Translations under genes and position numbers: made by a program
Assembly (NCBI GenBank): GCA_951406725.2
Contig: OX597818.1
Coordinates: forward strand, 140,988,001-141,052,000
DNA length: 64,000 nucleotides
Direction of reading: 5' to 3'
DNA from: Octopus vulgaris
Taxonomy: Eukaryota
The notes under the pieces: generated by a model
The model's input: the letters and a program-made list of their open reading frames with translations, nothing else
What the model was told of the DNA's origin: nothing
Database searches by the model: none
In this document: in pieces, positions 43,724 to 58,934 of the stretch
Layout: each line of letters begins with the position of its first letter
Position numbering within the stretch: position 1 is the stretch's first letter

Positions 43724-44050
43724 TTATACTTATCCTATTATATTAAACTTTTTAATACTTTTTGGTTAGTTTAAAAAAATTTTAAAGCTTAAAAATTTAT
43801 AAATATAAATTTTAAAATTTCAAATTTTAATGATTTAAATTTTAAATTATATATATTTTATATATTTTTTTGTATGTTATATTAATTATATTTATTTTTA
43901 TGTTTTGGTTTATGTCTATCACTGTTTGAGTTGCCTAATAGTGGTTTTATCAATTAATTTAATTTATATTTATACTGTGAAATTTGATTTAAACCTAAAT
44001 CTAATTTTTCCCTGTAAGTTTGGATATACTCCCTAATATTATTATCATAA

Positions 44051-44119
<69 letters not shown>

Positions 44120-44929
44120 TGTATGTGTGTGTGTGTGTATGTGTGTAAGTATGAATGTCTATATATACGCATGCATACATACATACAATCTGACCCAAAC
44201 ATCGCTATCCCATTTCGAAATATAATTATACTCAGAAAGATAAAAGAAATCCCATTCATTAGCTTACAGTCGTTTGTTCTGTAGAACGCAGTGCACTCTG
44301 ATATGAATGATTGTGCAGAACGCCATCGTTGAGTGCATTAGAATGAAGTCTGTTTATTTCGAAATATATTTGGTGTTCTCGCTGGCCACTTGAGAGGACA
44401 CTTGAGAGGACACTTTCGATACCCACTAATATCCTTTCTTTTTCTAACACAGCATATCCATAATAGTTCTTTGCTTCGATCGAATATAACAGTAATGGAC
44501 ATACCGACGGTGTACATACATTAAGTTTAATACATAGATACACAGATCTTTATTTTAAATTATTACTGCCTAAATTGTGCATACCGGATTTTTATTCAGA
44601 CGGGCGCCTATTCGCAACGTCAGTGAATATTTATTCATCCATGCATGTGCCTAGTACCAATGAAAACACCAAAGAAAGCTGAAATATATATGTATTATGC
44701 ACTGAGTGTTGCGGTGCTGCTTTTAGTTCTGCTCCCGATATTTGTGTTTTTAACTTCATATCCATGAAATATGTTATTGCTGCAATAATATTCTTATCAA
44801 GAGAAAATTTACATTAGGTATAATACATTGATGGCTCCACATATATTGATATCAATCCATATATGCGTTTGTTTATGTGAGAATGTCTACGTATATATCT
44901 ATGTGTGTATGTATGTGCGTGTGTGTGTG

Positions 44930-45145
44930 TGTATGTTTCACCACAGATTCTTAACAAGCGGTGTTGGTGTGTTTACGTCACCGTAACCGAGCGGCTCGGC
45001 AAAAGAAAACGATAGAATCAGTACTAGGTCCCCAAAATAATAAATCCTGGAATCGATTTGTTCCACTAAAGAATCCTTGAAGGCGGTGCCCCAGCATGGT
45101 CGCAATCAAATGACTGAAATAAGTAAAAGATAAAAGCTAAAAGAG
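44930..45145 (+). mobile_element. Family A SINE 3' half, decayed
   Basis: GGTGTGTTTACGTC.CCGTAAC..GCGG.TCGGCAAAAGA..CCAGCATGG..CAAATGACTGAAA. Confidence 0.8.
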
Positions 45146-45312
45146 ATATATATTAATAAATGTGTTTGTGAGTGTTCCTGTGTGTCAGTAAATGTAAACA
45201 TGCTTACACACACACACACGCACATATACACACATACTCTGATATTACACATTCATTGCATATATGTATGTATTCGTGTAGGCATAATCTTGTATATATG
45301 TACGTGCATATT

Positions 45313-45385
<73 letters not shown>

Positions 45386-45941
45386 ATTTATGTATGTGTG
45401 TATGCATTTGTGTGAGAGAAAGAGAGTATATTTGAGAATGCATCCTGGAGTCAATCACATTTGCCTATCAGTTCTGAGATTCTTTCACTCCTACTTCATA
45501 ACAAAACTAAATATTCGAGTAAGTTAATAAAAAAAACCTGTTTGGTAAAGTTTTGCAATTGTTCATCGTAGTTTCGGAGAGTTTATGATAATCCCTTGTT
45601 CCGACATGATGGTTTGGTTATTGGAAGCATTATGTCGTGTTGTTCCGTTGTAATTAGATTTTCGAGTGTTTCCAAACAACTGTGCGATAATACTATATTG
45701 TGACTTCAGAAAAAAAGAATTTCTTCACTATCTGAAGGAAGCAACTCCACATCTTGTGCTCTAATGTACTATGCAAAAATACCACATGTATTAAAATATA
45801 CATACGTATAAATATATAAAGATGTGCGTAAGTATGTGTGTGGGCGAGTGCATGCATGTGTCTTTGCATGTATCTATAAATATATGTATATATATACATA
45901 CATAAATCTGCATCGTTTTGTACACCAGTTTATATGCATGT

Positions 45942-46059
<118 letters not shown>

Positions 46060-46201
46060 CAGAACTGGTTAGGACGGGAAGTGGGACGAAACGACGAATC
46101 GAATCGATATATATGTATATATATGTATGTATATATATATGTACATATATTTATATACATAAATATATATATATATATATGTACATATATTTATATACAT
46201 A

Positions 46202-46298
<97 letters not shown>

Positions 46299-46889
46299 GT
46301 ATATATATATATATATATGTATGTACATATATATATATACATATATACCTATATATATATATATATTATATGTATTTATGTACATATAATGTGCATATAT
46401 ATGCATATAATATGTATGTATGTATATATACATACATGTGCAAGTATGTACGAACGTACGTATGTATGTATGTATTATGTATGCGTATATATATATATGT
46501 GTGCGTGCGTGTGTGTGTGTGTGTGTGTATGTATACGTATATAACAGAACAAACACACCTGAAAATCCTATATATTTAGTTAGCTATATTTGTATATGTC
46601 TATATACTTTTCTCCGTATATAAATAGTAGCTTCTGGTTAGGTTATTGAACTATACCCAGTGAATTCCAATGAGCGTTTAAGTATGCTGCAAAAGGACGT
46701 CGTATCGTCATTGAGATAGAAAGAATTGTGCAGAAATTTTGTCAATAAACAAAATAAAATAAAATACAATAGACGAGGTTTAAACTATCGGCGGCTGATT
46801 TGTATTTTTCTAAGTCATCACGTCCGTTTCATGACAAAAGCTCTGAAAATAAAGAGATATTACGCACGTCTATAACTGCATATGTGTAA

Positions 46890-46995
<106 letters not shown>

Positions 46996-47108
46996 GTATG
47001 TATGTATATGTATATACATATTTATATTCATATATATATATATTTGTATATACATGAGTATATAGCTATACATATATTCATGTGTATATATATATACATA
47101 TATATGTG

Positions 47109-47308
47109 AAGGCGCATGGCTTAGTGATTAGAGTGCCGAGCTTACGATCGTGAGGTTGTGAGTTTGAATCCCGCAGCGGGTTGCGTTCTTGGGCAAGACA
47201 CTTAATTTCACGTTGCTCAGTTCACTCAGCAGTAGAAATGAGTTGCGACGCTACAAGTGCCAAGCTGTCTCGGCTTTTGCCTTTCCCTTGGATAACACTG
47301 GTGTCGTG
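47109..47308 (+). mobile_element. Family C SINE, 5' portion
   Basis: Matches 31484-31690. Confidence 0.85.
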
Positions 47309-48660
47309 ACCGGAATTGCGCCTGGGTGGCTTGTGTCCCATCTCCACGTAAATCCAAAGAAATAGCATACAACAATGAGCCTGGTCAGAATAACATTAGG
47401 CTGCATATATTTTATCATTTAAGTGTCAGTTGCCCCCCCTTCTCTCTCTCTCTCTCTCTCTCTCACTCTCGCTTTCGCTCTCTATGTCATCCATAACAAT
47501 ATATTATGGTACTGGCTTTTGCTTCAAAAATTTGCCTTACCAGCCACTTTAGGCTAACAGGTGGACGATCGTGCCATTTCAGGTACCCAAACTGAATTTA
47601 TTGCAGAACTCAAGTGTCCGGCACAAATACCTTGAGGCATCCTGTCTGTCGTTCGTACGATTCTGTCAAGCCATTACCTTAAACTGGTACTCTTGTACTC
47701 TTTTTCGAAATTGAAAGGATGTAAAGTGAAGCTCCAGGTCAACTCTGATCAGCTTAATCAAGGATTAAATGGACATTAGATTAAGTAGGTTGATGATCAC
47801 ATATTTCTAACAATTTATAGACCAAGTATCACAGACTAGATCGAATGAACCTATGGTCAAATATATCTATGAACAAGTGTTCCTGTGACCAAATAGATCT
47901 AGGATTATGTAGACTTAGGATTCACTACAAATAGGATAGAATTAATATTGGATTAAATTTGTATATAATCAAATAGGCTGTGTCTCCATAAACTTATCAT
48001 CATATTACCTTATTATCAAGCTGATTTTAAAGCAAGAATACCTAGCAGCGAAATATATATCATAAAAACTAAACTCAGAAAGAAAAACCGCGCAGTAAAA
48101 TGACGAAAGTTTACATAGATCTAGGATCAAATAGAGCTAAAATAAATTGCTTTGGATCAAAAAGAACTAAGATAAAATATATCAAAGATCAAATGTGTCT
48201 CGGATCAGATAAATCTAGAATAAACACTTATGATAAAATAGAGCTATAAGCGCATACACAAAACTTATACACGATGGACTCCTCCGTTGATATCGAGGTA
48301 TTATAGCCCATTTGACCGATTTCCTGAAATACATGCCCATTGAATTACCGCATAAACTGGCAGAATATTTTATAGTTAAGTCTACACGTAACATTTTTCT
48401 GTAGTAATGTAATTGCGTTTAAGGTGAGAGTTCATTCTTCATTCAAGAGGGTTTCTACATAGTCTCCGTTGACTTAGTTTCATTCATATGTATGATCGGA
48501 AACTGAGCATCAATAACAAAGCCATGTAAAGACACATACTTAGGACTGAACGCAGAGGCTTCAAACCCGTGGCATTGCAAAATTAATTGCATAATCATTC
48601 AGCGTCATTTACCTGCGTTCATATACATACAGGCATACATGCATTTATACATACATATAT

Positions 48661-48692
<32 letters not shown>

Positions 48693-48784
48693 ACACGTGC
48701 AAAGTACCTAGTTCTAGAATCTCTATACGAGATATAAGGCGGTAACGCTTTTTTTAGACAATATAACATGCTTGTTCTATATAG

Positions 48785-48995
48785 AACTATGGTACTACAA
48801 TTTAACCCCAGGAAAACGTCTTTTCCAGCTGGTTAATGACAATCAACCGGTGTCCGATATGTTGTGAGTACGAGAGCGAATCATTCCCTTCCAGCCTGGA
48901 AAGTCCAGTAGACCATGCTATCCACCTTTGTTTCTGGTGAGGTCAAAGTTACCAGAACGATATTTGGGAAACCAGTTTAATACTGTCTGCTATAT
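48785..48995 (-). repeat. Third, decayed copy of the 1876-2515 unit
   Basis: TTTAACCCCAGGAAAAC.TCTTTTCCAGCT..TGTCCGATAT..TGTGAG..TCCAGTAGAC is collinear with 2225-2356. Confidence 0.7.
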
Positions 48996-50954
48996 AATAA
49001 CATTAGAATGGAATATTCTATTAATATTCCGAGCTGTCTGTGATGCTGTATTTCCAAGAAAGAATTAATATTTCAAAACTGTACGAATTTCCGAGTTATC
49101 CATCTCTAAACAAAAATAGCAGAAAGCGATTTATAAATACTTTATGAAGCGCAAAATAAAGTTAGAATAAAGAAATAGATGTATCAGCTTTCTAACAAAA
49201 AATAAAGATTGTCAGAATATAATAATGGCGCAAAATGAGCAGCTGTCAAAGTTTACCATATACCTTACTACAAATTTCATATTTTACGACTTTATATATA
49301 AACACACATATACACACCCATATCAGGTGCAATAACTGATACTTAATCTACAGTATGCAATTTTAAAAGTCAAATCAATGCAATTGACGAAGAGTAACTA
49401 TAGAATGTAAGTATCCATTTTCAGCTTCCTGGCATGTAAATGAAGGCTGAAAAGATGTTTGAACTCAGAACATACAGAGACACGACTACTGTTCACGAGG
49501 TATATTTCCAACGCTGATTCGGCCATTGCACTGCCCTGTGAGTTACCAAAAGGAAAACGACTTGCTTTTCAGTGTCAAGAAGAGATCAGACTAGTAATCC
49601 TACATCACTTTATTTTATTGATTTGTGACTGGAAATCGAAGCTATAAAGAATATCTAACTGAAAATGTAATGGCTCAAACGGTAATCAAGGCTCATCCAC
49701 ACACACGGCTCTGCTTACTACGAATAATGACTGAACTTAAACATTCAACATACGCAAACCTAAACCAACATACACTAACACACTTTCATTTACTATCTAT
49801 CTCTTTATACGCAGATACACATATATACAAATGAAAGGCATGCGTCTGTGCCTACATATTTACGTATGTCTGTGTTTGCACGAGCGAAGTTTGTTTTTCT
49901 CAGTATCTGTACAATAGTAACAGAGTCCCGAAGCGATACATATATAAGTTATACGAGAAGTATATATATGAGTTGAAAAACCGCTCTGGCAAACATATGT
50001 ACGTAAGTTATCAATATTTAGTATCTGCAGCAGCATCTAAGTCCAAAGCAAAGAAACGGAAGGAATCTGTGATTAACGAACATTCCGTTATCTCTATTGA
50101 AATTTCGTGTTTTTGCCTCGAACGCTTATAGATCTCAATTGATAAGATTAACTAATAGCGTAAAGCTTTTAAGGAATTAACGTACACCATTATTGGATAG
50201 GCAATCTTTCTAAATCTATTTAATTTGATTGGCTATAACTCGTGCTGTGCCAGCGAAGTAGTAAGGAAATGTCCGGTAAACCATATCGCCGACCGTCCTT
50301 AACGCTTTTATTTTCCTTGGTGTTGGGGATTGTATTTAACTAATGTACAATATTCTTTTGGGAAAAGCGAAAAGGTCACAAAACCTTAATTTTTCCCATC
50401 TGGTATAGAAAAACCAAAAAACATCATATTCTCTTTCTGTGACATAAATATTAGTATGTGACTATTTTGATGTGGAAATATAATATGTGAACAACTTCTA
50501 CGTTATTCATTTCATATTATCTTCTTTTTCAATCTATATCATTTACAAAATTCAGAGTAATTCGCTAACTGTGGAGAAAAAATTAAATCAGGTATTTGAG
50601 GTAATATGGGATTTTATATATGACCACTTAATCTGTTAAAGATAGTAGCCAAACTCAGATCATACACTATCATCTTTAAAAATACACTTTAGATCATAAA
50701 GTCTGTGATATGTATATACACACGACTGTATATATGCACAGTAAGAGAAATCAGTATAGTAACGAAACATTTCTGCCATAAGCTAGTAATTTTCAGATGG
50801 AGATTTGTCAAAAGTCGTGACTAGGAAAGTCTGACCTACAAAAGGGATTGCTGAGGGGTGAATGCAAAACTGTATCATTCAAGTACCACGATCGAGTTAA
50901 TCAGCACTCGCTCTATTCGCACAGGGTATGGGCTTGCATGGTATAACAGAAAAC

Positions 50955-51186
50955 AGGCGGCGAGCTGGCAGAAACGTTAGCACGCCGGGCGAGATGCTTA
51001 GTGGTATTTCGTCTGCCGTTACGTTGTGAATTCAAATTCCGCCGAGGTCGACTTTGCCTTTCATCCTATCGAGGTCGATAAATTAAGTACCAGTTACGCA
51101 CTGGGGTCGATGTAATCGACTTAATACCTATGTCTGTCCTTGTTTGTCCCCTCTATGTTTAGCCCCTTGTGGGTAATAAAGAAATA
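50955..51186 (+). mobile_element. Nin/Deu-domain SINE family D
   Basis: GCCTTTCATCCT..GGTCGATAAATTAAGTACCAG domain; 15-bp TSD GGTATAACAGAAAAC. Confidence 0.9.
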
Positions 51187-51522
51187 GGTATAACAGAAAA
51201 CCGGAATGAGACATGGGGCAGCAAGTAGATGCAGGTTGGAGTAATCCAATGACACATGTAGTATTATAAATGCTTGTAAATGATTCAGCCACTTACGCGC
51301 TGGTTCAATGAAGCTCATCGTTCTATGTAGATTATTGCCAGATGTAACTTTATTCTTATTTACATACATGCATACATACATAGAGCACTGTGCCGTACAC
51401 ATTAGACTTGAAGATGTAGAGGGAAAATTTAAAACGCTTCTGAACCTTTTCTCTATACTTCAGTACATTTGCGTTATCCGAACAAAAGACATCTAAAAAA
51501 CGATCTTGTTTTCAGCTTGATA

Positions 51523-51600
51523 CATGGCATTCTAGACGTGATTGCATCTGATAATGGGACAGAATTGGTGTCAAGTGAATTTAGAAAATTCTGCGAAATG
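51523..51600 (+). pseudogene. LTR-retrotransposon (Gypsy-like) integrase remnant
   Basis: HGILDVIASDNGTELVSSEFRKFCEM matches the rve SDNG..F.S.EF..FC motif. Confidence 0.7.
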
Positions 51601-52375
51601 TTGATGACAGAAATGGAGTAAATTCCAGAAATTAAAATTCTGCCGGATGAGAGAAAACTGAGAGGACAAATGTAATATCTCAATGCCACTACATCCCGTC
51701 CGATTCACTCCAAAATTTACAGGGACATGTAAAATGAGGTGACGATGCCCGTGGGCTACCTTAGAAATGCCTATCTTAAAAGGTGTGGTTGCTAGGGACC
51801 ATCTTCCTCACTCACGCTATTTCCTCCATTCCCCTCTAACTCCCCTTCATTATTAACTTTGACAAGTCCACTCCGTTATTTAATGTATCTGTCTTCCTCA
51901 ACTCACTCTCGCTATTTCCTCTCTTCCCAGCACATTTTCACTCACTCTATTTCTTGAATATATGTATAGCTATATATGATGTTTTTGCCTATCCAGGGCA
52001 GAATACCAAGACGTTTCGAGTGTGGACTGAAGGGGTACATAAACAAAAACGTGCCCAGACACTTCAACCTGAAACACAAGGAAAAAAAAACAGAGTGAAC
52101 CAAAGGAACAGCAAGAGAAGCCTAATGAGGAGTGAGAGAAGACAAAGGAGAAGAAAAATTGCACGCCGGAGGAAGCTGGACCGTCCACATCTACCGAGGT
52201 AAGTGAGGAGGGATGGTCTGTTGCAGGGAGGAAGTGGAATCTAGCTCTTCTCTTCCTCTAACAAATACAAAGTTAAAAAACGAATGCATAAGAACAGATG
52301 CGAACGCAAACGAAAGACATTACAAATGTAGACAGCAAAAAGGAAAAATATACCCCAAAAAAGAACAGCTAGTAT

Positions 52376-52763
52376 GGATGGAAGCACTCCGTCGGTTACG
52401 ACGACGAGGGTTCCGGTGGATCCGATCAACGGAACAGCCTGCTCGTGAAATTAACGTGTAAGTGGCTGAGCACTCCACAGACACGTGTACCCTTAACGTA
52501 GTTCTCGGGGATATTCAGCGTGACACAGAGAGTGACAAGGCCGGCCCTTTGAAATACAGGTACAACAGAAACAGGAAGTAAGAGTGAGAGAAAGTTATGG
52601 TGAAAGAGTACAGCAGGGATCACCACCATCCCCTGCCGGAGCCTCGTGGAGCTTTTAGGTGTTTTCGCTCAATAAACACTCACAACGCCCGGTCTGGGAA
52701 TCGAAACCGCGATCCTACGACCGCGAGTCCGCTGCCCTAACCACTAGGCCATTGCGCCTCCAC
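52376..52763 (-). mobile_element. SINE family B
   Basis: Full length; TSD ACAGCTAGTAT. Confidence 0.93.
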
Positions 52764-53245
52764 AGCTAGTATACAACGCAAGTAACACACAGCAAGGTCA
52801 AATAGTCAAAAATGAACGCACAAGAACAGATACAAACGATGACAACAATAAAGTCACCCCAAAAAGAACACAAGCGACACATAACAAGGACAAAGAGACG
52901 AAAATAAAATAACTTTTTAAAAACTCTTTCTAAAAAGGTTCATTGAGGTTATCTGGTGTGTAGGGTTCGAGCTAACGTCGTTCCACCTTTTCATTTATTA
53001 TTACCATTCTTTTCATTCGATTTTTCCCCCACTTTTGTGTTTTGTCTGTCCTTGTTTGTCCCATCTATGTTAGGCTCTGTGTGGCCAATAAGGAAATACA
53101 GTAGTGGCAGAGTCGTTGGAGTCAGTGTCAGTTACGTGAAATATACGAGTTTGAGTTATCTTCAAGTTAGGTGCTTCGAAGTTATCGTCTTGCGGAGCTA
53201 CTAGCGATCGCACAATAGACGAGTCAAAGATAAGACGTGGAATAC

Positions 53246-53479
53246 TTATTTCTTTACTACCCACAAGGGGCCAAACACAGATGGGACACACAATGACAGA
53301 CAAAGCGATAAAGTTGATTACATCGACCCCAGTGCGTAACTGGTACTTAATTTATCGACCCCGAAAAGATGAAAGGCAAAGTCGACCTCGGCGGAATTTG
53401 AACTCAGAACGTAGGGACAGACGAAATACGGCTACGCATTTCACCCGGCGTGCTAAGGTTTCTGCCAGCTCGCCGCCTT
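53246..53479 (-). mobile_element. SINE family D
   Basis: TSD ATAAGACG(T/C)GGAATAC. Confidence 0.9.
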
Positions 53480-53668
53480 ATAAGACGCGGAATACCGCTA
53501 CAACATAATACAAGAATATTACAGTACCGACAATAACCTACAAGTGGACGAGGATCCGCATAACAATACACACACAGAAGAACGCACACCTGCAAACATA
53601 CACACAGATACTTGCCTATACAAAACACCGCCAGATACGCACACATACATGTAGGTATACTTTCAAAT

Positions 53669-53900
53669 AAGGCGGCGAGCTGGCAGAATCGTTAGCACGC
53701 CGGGCGAAATGCGTAGCCGTATTTCGTCTGCGTTACGTTGTGAGTTCAAATTCCGCCGAGGTCGACTTTGCCTTTCATCCTTTCGGGGTCGATAAATTAA
53801 GTACCAGTTACGCACCGGGGTCGATTTAATCGACTTAATACCTATGTCTGTCCTTGTTTGTCCCCTCTGTGTTTAGCCCCTTGTGGGTAATAAAGAAATA
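53669..53900 (+). mobile_element. SINE family D
   Basis: TSD GGTATAC(T/A)TTCAAAT. Confidence 0.9.
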
Positions 53901-54397
53901 GGTATACATTCAAATAAGAAAACACTCTCACATTCACACACACGCACACACATGGACACATACGCTCACCAAGAGAACCGACTCAGCAACACGAACACGC
54001 ATAATAGACCACACATCCGCGCACGCATGCACAGACGCACACTTTCACACACACACATATACGAGCACACAGATTCTTACAAACACGCACATAGATTCTC
54101 ACTGATATACCCACCCTGTTCTCCTCATCTCAGTCACCTCCTCAAAAAAAGAACTACACTCTAAACCCCTAAATCGTCAGCAGATATGAGGCGAACTAAC
54201 TCCGAGTAAAAATGGCAAAAGGCTGAAACCTTAGAGTTCATTGAAACACCCATACAAACAGTAAAACGGATGTACACACACAACCACACAGACTTCCGCA
54301 CGTACACACAAACCCTTCGTTTACTCTCACGCTTTCGTCCTCTAAGCAAACACACTTGCTAGTATACATACAAATAGACGATACCAATCCTCACACA

Positions 54398-54629
54398 TGG
54401 CGGCGAGCTGGCAGAAACGTTAGCACGCCGGGCGAAATGCGTAGCCGTATTTCGTCTGCCGTTACGTTCTGAGTTCAAATTCCGCCGAGGTCCACTTTGC
54501 CTTTCATCCTTTCGGGGTCAATAAATTAAGTACCAGTCACGCACTGAGGTCGATGTAATCGACTTCATCCGTTTGTCTGTCTTTGTTTGTCCTCTCTGTG
54601 TTTAGCCCCTTATGAGTAGTAAAGAAATA
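54398..54629 (+). mobile_element. SINE family D
   Basis: TSD GATACCAAT(C/T)CTCACACA. Confidence 0.9.
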
Positions 54630-55298
54630 GATACCAATTCTCACACACTCTCAGAGGAGATCTAGGAGCGAAAGAAGTCACAAAGTCACTGAAAAGGTAG
54701 CGAACAGCGAAGAAAGAACATTGATTAACAAACATCCGACTGATTGTTTAAACCAGTACATTAAACAAACGATCCATTTGCTACTTGGTCAGATATTTAA
54801 CAATTTGAATAACGATATGATAAAGAAGTGGAATTGAACCCGGGCGTGTGGTATTATAGGGGTAATAACTTTCCCAAGATACAATATATTATATATCATA
54901 TAGCATATATTATACATATCTTGTATTAGCTCAGCAGAGTAAGTGAATCAACTGCATCAGAGCTGTAGGTAAACATCTATGAAAAGCAAATGTTGTTACT
55001 CCCTAACTGTCATGTTTGCTGTGAGTATTCAAAACATTAAAACAAGTCGCATAAAAGAAGAGGGATATTTCAATCCATTCACAATGGAAATATATTAATA
55101 ATGATTTTTTTTGAAAAATACTGAGGCGCGTATGGCCATCATATACGTTAGTTTAACTTTTAATTAATGTTAGTCTAGAAGAAAAGCGAGTCGTAGTTAT
55201 AATTACTGACAGAAGAAAAAGTAATCAAATAATTAGAACATGCAGTTACGTGTCATGTTCCTTGCCTTAGAATTCACTGCTTTTATCCATTATTAGTT

Positions 55299-55331
<33 letters not shown>

Positions 55332-55333
55332 AT

Positions 55334-55399
<66 letters not shown>

Positions 55400-55560
55400 G
55401 TATATGTATATATGAATATGAATATATGTATGTATGTATATATATAATTATAGCTACAGAGGCATATATATACGTGTACATATACAACTATATGTACATA
55501 TATTCATGCATACATACATATCGTATATAAGGGTTTGTGTGTTTGTGTACGTGCGCGCTT

Positions 55561-55639
<79 letters not shown>

Positions 55640-56205
55640 TGTGTATACGTCCGCGTGCGTATCTAGATATGACTAAGATTTCACATCTGTTTAAAATTGC
55701 ACAGCGGAAAGTTAAGACATACTGTAGTTCAACTACTTAAAAATTATCTTAGATTTCTTGACGCACGCTGTTTTGAGCGTAAATGTTAATTGATTATTTA
55801 ATCACACAGTCGACTAACACACGACAAGCTAATTTCTTCAGTTATTATAGAGAAATTTTAGTCTGCCCTCAATTTAAATAGCTATAGGTCACTTGGCTAG
55901 AAACACTGTTATCAGACAGACGGTTGAGTGGTACTTGTATACGGATGAGTGTGATGAACACGCACCAAAACATGTCAGGACAATCTCCCTTATTTTTCTT
56001 TAGATGGAGAATATATTTATTCACATCTGTAACAATATGTATTCACATCCGTTTAGTATTACATAACTACAAGCTTGAAATTTACACTTTAATTACTTTG
56101 AAAGGCTGTTGTATTTTTTCAATTCATGGTCTATATTTCATACATGTTTTTTTATTAATATTTATTTATTACAGTCTATCAAATAAGTTTTTATTACTAG
56201 TTTTA

Positions 56206-56275
<70 letters not shown>

Positions 56276-56283
56276 TATTATTA

Positions 56284-56368
<85 letters not shown>

Positions 56369-56449
56369 CATTATTATTATTATTATTATCATTATTATTA
56401 TTATTATTATCATTATTATTATTATTATTATTATTTGTTGATGAAAACT

Positions 56450-56740
56450 AAGTTTATTTTACTGGGTATGATGGACAGTGTGTGCTGACCACAGCCAGCA
56501 GATTGGGGGAACACTTGTTTACTGGTCATGCTTCAAGGACCCTGCAAAGAATTCTTGCAGTTCCAAGCAATGGCTGATATTTGTAGGTGTTCTACTTTCA
56601 CACTTGTATCAATTTTTTTGAGCTATGCTGCTTGTTGTGTGCTGATACTTCCAAGTGCGAAAATTACTATTGGTATCATACCTACTCTCCTCATTGTGCA
56701 CAACCTTCGTATTTCCCACTTGAAATGGTCATGGTTATCT
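56450..56740 (-). mobile_element. Old RLE-type (R4/Dong-like) LINE 3' fragment in (TAA)n
   Basis: Minus strand FKWEIRRLCTMRRVGMIPIVIFALGSI resembles the PIVIGALG motif; flanked by TAT repeats. Confidence 0.55.
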
Positions 56741-56958
56741 ATTATTGTTGTTATCATCATTATCATTATCATTTTCCACCAGGAACCTTTCGAAGCGCCT
56801 CCCCCTATTGGGAGTTTTTCGTTGTTATATTATTTGATTGTTACACTGTTTTTACACGTTTTTTCACAAACGGACAAAACCCTTTGTAACCTTTCGTCCT
56901 GTTTTGTCCCTTTATGTTTTCTAATCATGTGTGTCAGCCCTTGTGGCCAATAAAAAGA

Positions 56959-57015
<57 letters not shown>

Positions 57016-57566
57016 TAATATTTTTATTTTTACTATTCTTGTTGTTGTTATTTAGCAGCATGCAGAGGCGGACAAAAAATATATTTCAAAAATAATAATT
57101 GACTGCTTGATTTTATTACACATACATCTGGATAACAGTTGATTCTAAATACAATATGAAACAATGAAATATAAAAACAATGTTAAAAAACGAAAACACA
57201 TGTACACCAAGCAGGAAAAAAAATACAAAACAAGGATTCCGAAACGATAAATATAACAAAACATTGTTGCTGATTTTGTAAAGCTAAACGACAGCAACAT
57301 GAATTTGGCTAACAATAAAAATGATTAATTTTTACTAGCAATACATAACCTCTTGATAGAATTAACGTTTATATTTGAATTTCTATGGAACGAAGCATAA
57401 TATTATTTGATAGACTATAATAAATAAATATTAATAAAAAATACAGAAGCCGTTATGTATTTTAATAAGTGTTGTTCATTCAACATGATAAATAAGACAA
57501 AAGCTACACACAAACACACATCTGTATATATACATTTACATACGTATAGGGATCTACGTATCTATG

Positions 57567-57626
<60 letters not shown>

Positions 57627-58196
57627 TACATACATATATACGTAGATCCCTATATATATATATATATAGTATATATATAATATATATATATATTATATTT
57701 GTATATATATACACACACACACACACATATATATGCATACATATATGTGTGTTTGTGCGTGTGTGTGTGTGAGTGTGCGTGTATGCGTGCGTTTGTATAT
57801 AAGAACGTATTAATGTAAAATTTATACTCGTACATATATCATGATTGTGTGTGATAGAAGCACATAAAATTATGGATTTTTCAAACCAATTATACATTAT
57901 TAAATGAATAAACAAAACACACACATTTTACATTAGAATTTTGCTTTTAATAATAGCAATATATGGGAATATATAACAGTTTCATTTTTGTCTGTTTGTT
58001 TGTTTGTTTGTGTGTGTGTGTGTGTATGTATGATTGAAATAAATTATATTTATCGAATATCAGTAAATATTGGAGAAACAAAAATAACATTAAAACTTTG
58101 CTTATGAAACGTATAGGCCATAAATTCATCCATTGGTATATATTTGGATGTGTGTGTGTATATATAAATATATCTATATCTATATATATCATATAT

Positions 58197-58238
<42 letters not shown>

Positions 58239-58289
58239 CGTGTGTATGTGTATATGTATTTATATATATACATATATATATATGTGTGC

Positions 58290-58326
<37 letters not shown>

Positions 58327-58934
58327 TGTATATATATATATATATATATGTACATATATATATATATATATATATGCATATATATTGAAAGATTTATATT
58401 GATTACAAGTCTCACAGAGACGCACAAACGAGTTTACACATACGTACATGTATATATGTATATTTCTCAGAGGTCCCTGCCAAGAGTAATGAAACAAAAT
58501 TTAAAAGCATAGACAAAATACTGCATTTCAGATTCTGTATACTGTCGTTTTGTCAGCTTCATAGTTTATATGTTAAGTGATTTTATCAAGTGTGTATGTA
58601 TTTTCCACTTGCCAGTATTTAAAGATTGTGCTTATACATCCTTGCACAATTACACAGAAGCAGGTATACAAAAAAAACAATGCAGAAATTACTCATCCAA
58701 AATATATCAAGACAAAGAAAGATGCACGCTGACGACGAAACGGAAAACGGCACAACATCGCACAAGAATTGTGGAAAGCGAGTAAACACAGCTGCACACT
58801 TTTATGTATGCATTTACAAACATACCTGCACATTATTACGCACATACACATGCACACTTATGTGTCAATATGTGTGCATAAGTATATGTGTGTGTATACA
58901 TATATACATATACGCACAGAAACAATATATACAT

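Noticed and set aside
52000-52075. Minus-strand AGTGT..ACACTC-GAAACGTC motif (similar partial motifs at 4397-4415, 58728-58760 and 63008-63045)
   Set aside because: Only half of the core is recognisable, or stem I is absent.
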